Source: an uncultured bacterium (lineage in GTDB: Bacteria; Patescibacteriota; Minisyncoccia; Phycocordibacterales; GWA1-40-21). From it: a stretch of 24,000 nt of DNA. The stretch covers positions 14,813 through 38,812 of the forward strand of contig CAINLW010000037.1 in the NCBI GenBank assembly GCA_903850545.1, read 5' to 3'. Below, in pieces: positions 6,966 through 11,552 of this stretch; positions within the stretch are counted from its first letter, which is position 1, and each line of letters opens with the position of its first letter. Below the pieces are notes generated by a model that was not told the DNA's origin, made no database searches, and saw only the letters and a list, made by a program, of their open reading frames with translations. The position numbers were made by a program, and so were the translations under genes.

Positions 6966-8396
6966 TTATATATTTTCACCCAAGAAGCTCTTACTAACTG
7001 CAAATAATTTGTCTTCTCTACTGTGGTCAGAAATAAACTGTATTCCCATTGGCAAATCTTTTCCATCAACTTTCTTCATTCCTGAAGGGACTGAGATTGC
7101 TGGGTTTCCAGTTAAATTTACAGAGACGGTAAAAATATCTTCTAGATACATCTGGAGTGGATCAGCGGTTTTTTCACCAATTTTAAATGCAACTTCGGTT
7201 GTTGTCGGTGTTGCTATTATATCAACTTTCTCAAAAACTTTTTTGTAATCATTTTTAATAATTTCTTTAACAGTATTTGCTTTGTTATAGTATGCGTCAT
7301 AATAACCCGAAGAAAGAACATAGGTACCAAGAACAATTCTTCTTTTTACTTCTTCTCCCAAACCCGACTGTCTTGAAAGAAAATAATCTTCAATACCAGT
7401 ACTACCCGAGACTCTTTTTCCATATCTCATTCCATCGTATCTGGCAAGATTTGATGAAACTTCTGCGGGACAAAGAACATAATAAACTGCCAAAGCATAT
7501 TTTGAATTTGATAATTCAACATCTATTATTTCGTGACCCAATTCTTTTAATCTATTCAATGATTCTTCAAAATTTTTTACGACACTTTCATCTATTCCTC
7601 CCATTTTCAAAAAATCTCTTGGCACTCCAATTTTGAATTTAGACTTTGGACTTTCAACTTTGGATTTTGGACTTTCAATCGTTGTGCTGTCCATTTTGTC
7701 TTGACCTTTTATAGCATTAAAAAGAATTTCAGCATCTTCGACTGTTTTTCCAAATGGACCTATTTGATCTAATGATGATCCCATAGCTATTACCCCAAAT
7801 CTTGAAACCATTCCATATGTCGTTTTTAAACCAACTATTCCACAACGACTTGCAGGTTGACGAACAGATCCCCCTGTATCTGAACCAAGAGCTATAAGAG
7901 CCATATTTGCCGCCACAGCAGCAGCTGAACCACCCGAAGATCCTCCTGGCACTCTTTCTAAATCATAAGGATTTTTTGTTGGACCATAAGCCGAATTTTC
8001 AGTGGAACTTCCCATAGCAAATTCATCCATATTTGTTCTACCCATAAATACTACCCCTTCGTTTTTTAATTTCTTTATTACGGTAGCATCATAAGTAGCA
8101 ATATAATTTTCTAAAATTTTAGATCCTGCTGATGCAATTCTTCCTTTTATTAAAATGTTATCTTTTATTGCTATTGGAATTCCAGTAAGTTGTCCTGCTT
8201 TTCCACTTTTAATTTTTTCATCAGCGATTTTTGCTTGTTCTAAAACATCAGAAAAAACTTCAAGATACGCATGAATATCCTTATCGAGCTTATTTATTTG
8301 CTCAAGGTAAGCAGTTGCTAGATCTACAGCGGTATACTCTCCTTTAATAAGAGCTTCGTGTGCTTTTTTAATTGTTAAATTTTTTAAATCAATCAT
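6966..8396 (-). CDS. gatA: Glutamyl/aspartyl-tRNA amidotransferase subunit A
   Basis: 476 aa with the amidase signature GGSSGGSAAAVA and GSDTGGSVRQPA. It lies immediately downstream of gatC. Confidence 0.92.
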   Translation of the reverse strand: MIDLKNLTIKKAHEALIKGEYTAVDLATAYLEQINKLDKDIHAYLEVFSDVLEQAKIADEKIKSGKAGQLTGIPIAIKDNILIKGRIASAGSKILENYIATYDATVIKKLKNEGVVFMGRTNMDEFAMGSSTENSAYGPTKNPYDLERVPGGSSGGSAAAVAANMALIALGSDTGGSVRQPASRCGIVGLKTTYGMVSRFGVIAMGSSLDQIGPFGKTVEDAEILFNAIKGQDKMDSTTIESPKSKVESPKSKFKIGVPRDFLKMGGIDESVVKNFEESLNRLKELGHEIIDVELSNSKYALAVYYVLCPAEVSSNLARYDGMRYGKRVSGSTGIEDYFLSRQSGLGEEVKRRIVLGTYVLSSGYYDAYYNKANTVKEIIKNDYKKVFEKVDIIATPTTTEVAFKIGEKTADPLQMYLEDIFTVSVNLTGNPAISVPSGMKKVDGKDLPMGIQFISDHSREDKLFAVSKSFLGENI

Positions 8397-8399
8397 AAT

Positions 8400-8453
8400 T
8401 TTTGCATTAAAATTTTCGTTGACATTCGTAACTATTCGTATAATTTTCGTATT
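8400..8453 (-). repeat. TACGAA-repeat intergenic element (reference copy)
   Basis: The minus strand reads AAAATACGAAAATTATACGAATAGTTACGAATGTCAACGAAAATTTTAATGCAAAAATT followed by the gatA ATG. Confidence 0.6.
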
Positions 8454-8738
8454 TTACAATATTTTTTCAACTTTTAAATAATCATCCTGAGAATTTGGCA
8501 TGTTAGCAACAATATTTTTTGTATTTACTCCAGTTTCTGTTGGATTGTTATCCTCCCTAACCACATTTCTTAACTCCCCAGCAACTTTGTTTTCTACCAT
8601 TGAAGACGTAATATCTTTTAGTTGTGCAACGTATTCCAAAATTGAATCCGCTTCTTTTGGCAGTTTTTCTTCTTCCTCTTTTGTTAGAGTAATTCTAGCA
8701 AGTTTGGCTAATTTTTTAATATCATCTGTTCCCAACAT
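8454..8738 (-). CDS. gatC: Glutamyl/aspartyl-tRNA amidotransferase subunit C
   Basis: 94 aa. DIKKLAKLARITLTKEEEEKL...VREDN is typical GatC. It is adjacent to gatA. Confidence 0.85.
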   Translation of the reverse strand: MLGTDDIKKLAKLARITLTKEEEEKLPKEADSILEYVAQLKDITSSMVENKVAGELRNVVREDNNPTETGVNTKNIVANMPNSQDDYLKVEKIL

Positions 8739-8800
8739 AAAATAAATATAACATTTTAGAGAATAAAAGAAAACGGCATTAAAATTTTTTTATAAAATTT

Positions 8801-8833
8801 AGAAAACAAAAAGGGTCGCGTTTCCGTGACCCT
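8801..8833 (-). terminator. Intrinsic terminator closing the hammerhead operon
   Basis: The minus strand reads AGGGTCACGGAAACGCGACCCT followed by TTTTTGTTTTCT. It is preceded by a second hairpin CCTGT-tataaggaag-ACAGG (8836-8854), just past the stop of the 8868..9371 gene. Confidence 0.75.
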
Positions 8834-8867
8834 ACCTGTCTTCCTTATAACAGGATTTTGTTTAAAC

Positions 8868-9371
8868 TTACATCGCGATTGGTTTCGCGGTGTAGCTGGG
8901 AGCAAGACCAGCCGACCCCACTTCGCTCAGACCCGCCTCGGTGATTTCATATGCACCCTGACACTTATTAAGCTGGTCTAGATCCGAAAAAACAACTCTT
9001 AACTTCTTGATGTCTTCCCTGAAATGAGCCTGGTCGGGACGCTGTCTGACTGGTTTGCCCGGAGAACAACAACCTCTACTTTCGCGACCAATCATCTTGC
9101 CGGCTCGCATCTCGATAAGATCGAGGTGTTTCACCAAGCCGTCTTTTGCCATTTTGGGAAGTGCTGCCCGGACTCTCTGTTCCAGTTCAGACGCAATCCT
9201 CTGAGGTGTAATTCTCCCTTTATCAAACCCGTACCTTTCACACTCCCTCAGCATGAGGCCTTTGATCATCTTAATCGCCTCTTTCGACTGAGCTATTATG
9301 TTAGCAACTACCGGAACCAAAACCGGCCTTCCGGGATACTCAGCCAACGCCTTCAATATTAATTTTCTCAT
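8868..9371 (-). CDS. Hypothetical protein (167 aa), last cassette of the hammerhead operon
   Basis: The start is reassigned to ATG at 9371 (MRKLILKALAEYPG...), 8 nt after GAGAGGGAG. The longer ORF-track version (to 9470) reads through the hammerhead and leader. G+C is much higher than in flanking genes. A possible winged-helix-like segment (LPKMAKDGLVKHL) is only a guess. Confidence 0.7.
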   Translation of the reverse strand: MRKLILKALAEYPGRPVLVPVVANIIAQSKEAIKMIKGLMLRECERYGFDKGRITPQRIASELEQRVRAALPKMAKDGLVKHLDLIEMRAGKMIGRESRGCCSPGKPVRQRPDQAHFREDIKKLRVVFSDLDQLNKCQGAYEITEAGLSEVGSAGLAPSYTAKPIAM

Positions 9372-9446
9372 ATGTTTTCTCCCTCTCAACCTGTTCTTGC
9401 AAATCAGGAATATTTTACGAGAAGCAAATAAATCAAAGAACATTTT
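9372..9446 (-). promoter_or_regulatory. Conserved post-ribozyme leader module, copy A
   Basis: Minus strand: AAAAATGTTCTTTGATTTATTTGCTTCTCGTAAAATATTCCTGATTTGCAAGAACAGGTTGAGAGGGAGAAAACAT. It shares ATGTTCTTTGA, CGTAAA and TCCTGAYTYGMAAGARCAGGT with copies B-E. GTTCTT can pair with AAGAAC. Confidence 0.6.
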
Positions 9447-9496
9447 TCTGTTTCGTCCTTTTGGACTCATCAGTCGAAACTACACTTCGAGACAGA
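9447..9496 (-). ncRNA. Hammerhead ribozyme, type III (HH-A)
   Basis: Minus strand: TCTGTC|TCGAA-GTGTAGT-TTCGA CTGATGA GTCC-AAAA-GGAC GAA ACAGA. All core nucleotides are present (CUGAUGA, GAA, A15.1, GUC site). Predicted cleavage is between 9491 and 9490. A 5-bp hairpin GGGAA/TTCCC (9497-9517) abuts it upstream. Confidence 0.85.
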
Positions 9497-9530
9497 GGGA
9501 ATTTTATGAGATTTCCCAAACTCTTTACTA

Positions 9531-9908
9531 TCACTTTACCCACGGACACTTAACCAGCGAAGTCTTCGACGTTGACCAATAAGGCTTCGGTGCCTCCATC
9601 AATCCTAGCTTTACAAAACGCCGGTGAAGATCATCCATCAAAGACATTAGGTGTCCCCTGACAACTGTTCCATTCGTCTTGTACTCTCGCGCTATATTCA
9701 CTATTGTCATAGGGGTGGGATTGTCCCCAAAAGACTTGTAGGCTAAGTGAAATTTCAACAACTTTGCATACAACCCGTAGCCAAACTTGGTGCTTCCAGG
9801 AAGTCTTTTACCTTTTTTCTCTAAGGCACAATACTCCATATATATTACAAGCACAGCTTCCTTAACATCGGCGGAATTTACCACTTCGAACATGTTAATG
9901 TTGCTCAT
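9531..9908 (-). CDS. Hypothetical protein (125 aa), possible HTH
   Basis: The ATG at 9908 is preceded by AAGGGAAG. The segment MTIVNIAREYKTNGTVVRGHL looks helix-turn-helix-like (a guess). It lies between HH-B and HH-A. Confidence 0.65.
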   Translation of the reverse strand: MSNINMFEVVNSADVKEAVLVIYMEYCALEKKGKRLPGSTKFGYGLYAKLLKFHLAYKSFGDNPTPMTIVNIAREYKTNGTVVRGHLMSLMDDLHRRFVKLGLMEAPKPYWSTSKTSLVKCPWVK

Positions 9909-9979
9909 ATAATATCTTCCCTTTTTCTCACCTGCTCTTTCAAGTCAGGAATTATGAGAATTAAAATCAAAGAACATTT
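9909..9979 (-). promoter_or_regulatory. Conserved post-ribozyme leader module, copy B
   Basis: Minus strand: AAAAATGTTCTTTGATTTTAATTCTCATAATTCCTGACTTGAAAGAGCAGGTGAGAAAAAGGGAAGATATTAT. Confidence 0.6.
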
Positions 9980-10031
9980 TTCTGTTTCGTCCTTTTGGAC
10001 TCGTCAGTCGGAAACATATTCCGAGACAGAA
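9980..10031 (-). ncRNA. Hammerhead ribozyme, type III (HH-B)
   Basis: Minus strand: TTCTGTC|TCGGA-ATATGTT-TCCGA CTGACGA GTCC-AAAA-GGAC GAA ACAGAA. Stem I shows a compensatory change relative to HH-A. Predicted cleavage is between 10025 and 10024. The upstream hairpin is AGAGAA/TTCTCT (10031-10051). Confidence 0.85.
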
Positions 10032-10187
10032 GAGAAATTTACGTATTCTCTGTTCGCTTATGCGACGGTGAGTTTCAAACTCACAATCTAGGATTAACCT
10101 TCATCCTTGATTAGTAAGGTGTGTTAAAATTCATCTTTATAACAAGTCTTAACACAAAAAACCCCATTTTCTTAACTAGACAAACTC

Positions 10188-10607
10188 CTAGGTGATTATT
10201 TTGACCTCTCCCCTTTTGTGATCAAAAATCCCCACGGTGCCATTTTTGAAATTGACACCAGTCAAATGCTCCAACACCGGCTGATGAGAAACAACAATTA
10301 TTGAGACGCTGCATCTTTCTATCTCTCTCATTGTCTCCCAATGGTCTGAATTATCACAATCAAGATGATCGCGTGTTTCAAGAGACACTTTGCACTTTTT
10401 GTCTGACTTGATTAACACCTTTTTAATAATATCAGCTGTTTCCACCGCCCTCTGAAGAGGAGAGGTTATAATAAGTACAGTCCCTTTTATTATTTTGGCG
10501 ATATGCTCACCAGCCATTGTCGCCTGTGCCTTTCCATTATCATTCAGACCATTACCACGATCTTCACCGTGGCGAACAAGAAATACCTGCTTCAATACTT
10601 TAAGCAT
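10188..10607 (-). CDS. Histidine phosphatase superfamily protein, SixA-like (139 aa)
   Basis: The start is reassigned to ATG at 10607 after AGAGGGA. It carries the VFLVRHGE (RHG catalytic motif), SPLQRAVETA and VVSHQP motifs in the order and spacing of SixA-type phosphohistidine phosphatases. Confidence 0.75.
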   Translation of the reverse strand: MLKVLKQVFLVRHGEDRGNGLNDNGKAQATMAGEHIAKIIKGTVLIITSPLQRAVETADIIKKVLIKSDKKCKVSLETRDHLDCDNSDHWETMREIERCSVSIIVVSHQPVLEHLTGVNFKNGTVGIFDHKRGEVKIIT

Positions 10608-10674
10608 AAAGTTTCCCTCTTTCTTCAACCTGTTCTTTCGAATCAGGATTTACAAAGACCAAAATTTTAAAGAA
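10608..10674 (-). promoter_or_regulatory. Conserved post-ribozyme leader module, copy C
   Basis: Minus strand: ATGTTCTTTAAAATTTTGGTCTTTGTAAATCCTGATTCGAAAGAACAGGTTGAAGAAAGAGGGAAACTTT. Confidence 0.6.
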
Positions 10675-10725
10675 CATCTCTGTTTCGCTCTTTTGAGCTC
10701 GTCAGTCGAAGCTACACTTCGAGAC
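10675..10725 (-). ncRNA. Hammerhead ribozyme, type III (HH-C)
   Basis: Minus strand: ACTGTC|TCGAA-GTGTAGC-TTCGA CTGACGA GCTC-AAAA-GAGC GAA ACAGAG. Stem II covaries (GCTC/GAGC versus GTCC/GGAC). Predicted cleavage is between 10720 and 10719. The upstream hairpin is GGGAAT/ATTCCC (10726-10747). Confidence 0.85.
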
Positions 10726-10789
10726 AGTGGGAATTTTTATAGAGATTCCCGGAACTCTTTAGGATTTTTTGTTTTTACGCGGTAATCCA

Positions 10790-11093
10790 AACCGCATCAG
10801 ATACAGGTTCTATTAGGATAGGAGCAGTTTTGTTCGCTCACCTATACGCTTTAGTTTCCTTTACCTGCAAAATATAGTGTGATGGTCAGCTATGCCAAGT
10901 TTCTGACCCTGGAGTTTAACCGACAACTGTTCCTTGCTCTGCAGAGCTAAGGATGGCGCATTCGGCACAAGACTTCTATAGAGTCCTATGCGCACCAGTC
11001 ATCGGCCTCCCTTCATCTAACTCCCTCCATCCGAGGCCAGTTTGATGTTTGCACTTTTTAAAGTGCTGGTGCTTTAGAGATCACACGTCCCTG
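10790..11093 (-). ncRNA. Candidate structured non-coding RNA cassette between HH-D and HH-C
   Basis: No ORF of 60 aa or more exists on either strand across 10786-11048, and the minus-strand frame that I translated by hand carries 8 stops in about 105 codons. G+C is comparable to the neighbouring coding cassettes. There are many local hairpins: GGTGC..GCACC, GCACTT-taaa-AAGTGC, GGCCTC..GAGGCC, GCGCAT..ATGCGC enclosing AGGACT/AGTCTT, CCTTaGCTC-tgca-GAGCaAGG, GGTCAG..CTGACC and GCGGT..ACCGC. Confidence 0.35.
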
Positions 11094-11096
11094 CAC

Positions 11097-11171
11097 CATT
11101 TTCTTCAACCTGCTCTCTCAAGTCAGGATTTTTTACGAAGAAAATTATTAGAATTTATTCAAAGATCATTT
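11097..11171 (-). promoter_or_regulatory. Conserved post-ribozyme leader module, copy D (no strong SD, followed only by a 13-codon ORF)
   Basis: Minus strand: AAAATGATCTTTGAATAAATTCTAATAATTTTCTTCGTAAAAAATCCTGACTTGAGAGAGCAGGTTGAAGAAGAAA, followed by ATGGTGCAGGGACGTGTGATCTCTAAAGCACCAGCACTTTAA. Confidence 0.5.
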
Positions 11172-11234
11172 TCTAGTTTCGTCTTGCCACCTTGTGATGG
11201 AAGACTCATCAGTCCGACTCAGTCGGAGACTAAA
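11172..11234 (-). ncRNA. Hammerhead ribozyme, type III, extended stem II (HH-D)
   Basis: Minus strand: TTTAGTC|TCCGA-CTGAG-TCGGA CTGATGA GTCTT-CCATCACAAGGTGGC-AAGAC GAA ACTAGA. Stems I, II and III all differ in sequence from HH-A/B/C but keep their pairing. Predicted cleavage is between 11228 and 11227. The upstream hairpin is CGAGGAT/ATCCTCG (11235-11255). Confidence 0.8.
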
Positions 11235-11240
11235 CGAGGA

Positions 11241-11303
11241 TTAATTAGATCCTCGGGCGCTGTAGGGTTGTCCCCGACAGCGTACTTGGTTGTACATTGT
11301 CAT
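11241..11303 (-). CDS. Micro-ORF, 20 aa: MTMYNQVRCRGQPYSARGSN
   Basis: The ATG at 11303 lies 7 nt after GGAG. It is a paralog of the 18-aa ORF upstream. Of 8 substitutions across the first 13 codons, 5 are synonymous third-position changes. Confidence 0.6.
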   Translation of the reverse strand: MTMYNQVRCRGQPYSARGSN

Positions 11304-11362
11304 ACTATCTCCATTCTCTACCTGTTCTTTCGAATCAGGGTTTACGAGAGTTCAAAGAACGT
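11304..11362 (-). promoter_or_regulatory. Leader module, copy E (the only copy without a hammerhead in front)
   Basis: Minus strand: GACGTTCTTTGAACTCTCGTAAACCCTGATTCGAAAGAACAGGTAGAGAATGGAGATAGT. Its GTTCTTTGA box supplies the stop codon of the upstream micro-ORF. Confidence 0.55.
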
Positions 11363-11408
11363 CGTCGCCAGGTTGCCCCCGGCAACGCACTTCGTCGTAC
11401 ATTGCCAT
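11352..11408 (-). CDS. Micro-ORF, 18 aa: MAMYDEVRCRGQPGDDVL
   Basis: The ATG at 11408 lies 4 nt after AAAGGAGG, the best SD in the window. It is the first reading frame of the island operon and is paralogous to 11241..11303. Confidence 0.6.
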   Translation of the reverse strand: MAMYDEVRCRGQPGDDVL

Positions 11409-11510
11409 AAGGCCTCCTTTTCTATCTGATAACAGAATATCATTAATTGCAATAATGTGTTGTAAAATATGACTATTTGTAAAAGATAATTAAGAAAACG
11501 CAAAATAGGC

Positions 11511-11540
11511 TTGACAAATATAGTATAAAAAGTGTAAAAT
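11511..11540 (+). promoter_or_regulatory. Sigma-70-type promoter for the TrmB-like regulator gene
   Basis: TTGACA (11511-11516), an 18-nt spacer, then TAAAAT (11535-11540). It is 12 nt upstream of the ATG at 11553. Confidence 0.55.
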
Positions 11541-11552
11541 AAATTTACACTT

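Noticed and set aside
8419-8446. Plus-strand TTGACA / TATAAT pair inside the TACGAA element (also at 17741-17766 and 21331-21356)
   Set aside because: The hexamers are perfect or near-perfect, but the spacer is 14 nt in the three copies listed here, outside the 16-18 nt sigma-70 range. They would drive transcription antisense to the upstream gene. They are kept only as a caveat in the finding on that element.
9372-9470. N-terminal 33 residues of the 200-aa ORF-track protein (MSPKGRNRKMFFDLFAS...)
   Set aside because: These codons are the hammerhead core (ATGAGTCCAAAAGGACGAAAC) and the conserved leader module. A strong SD and an ATG at 9371 give the real start.
10608-10628. TTG-initiated 7-codon extension of the SixA-like ORF
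   Set aside because: The extension is the SD itself (TTGAAGAAAGAGGGAAAC). The ATG at 10607 is correctly spaced from it.
8801-11440. Reading the repeated ~150-nt junctions as a CRISPR array or as integron attC sites
   Set aside because: The repeats are too long and too divergent for CRISPR, and the spacers are genes of 0.4-0.6 kb. No cas gene or integrase is present. I found no RYYYAAC/GTTRRRY core pair. The repeats are fully explained as hammerhead plus leader modules.
8788-11505. Possible direct repeat AAGAAAACG flanking the G+C-rich island (near 8788 and 11492)
   Set aside because: Only a 9-mer in A-rich sequence, which is expected by chance. It is not enough to call att sites.
11409-11510. 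Promoter for the hammerhead operon
   Set aside because: Several weak candidates exist on the minus strand (TTTACA or TTGCAA with GATATT or TCAGAT). None has good hexamers with 16-18 nt spacing, so I do not call one.
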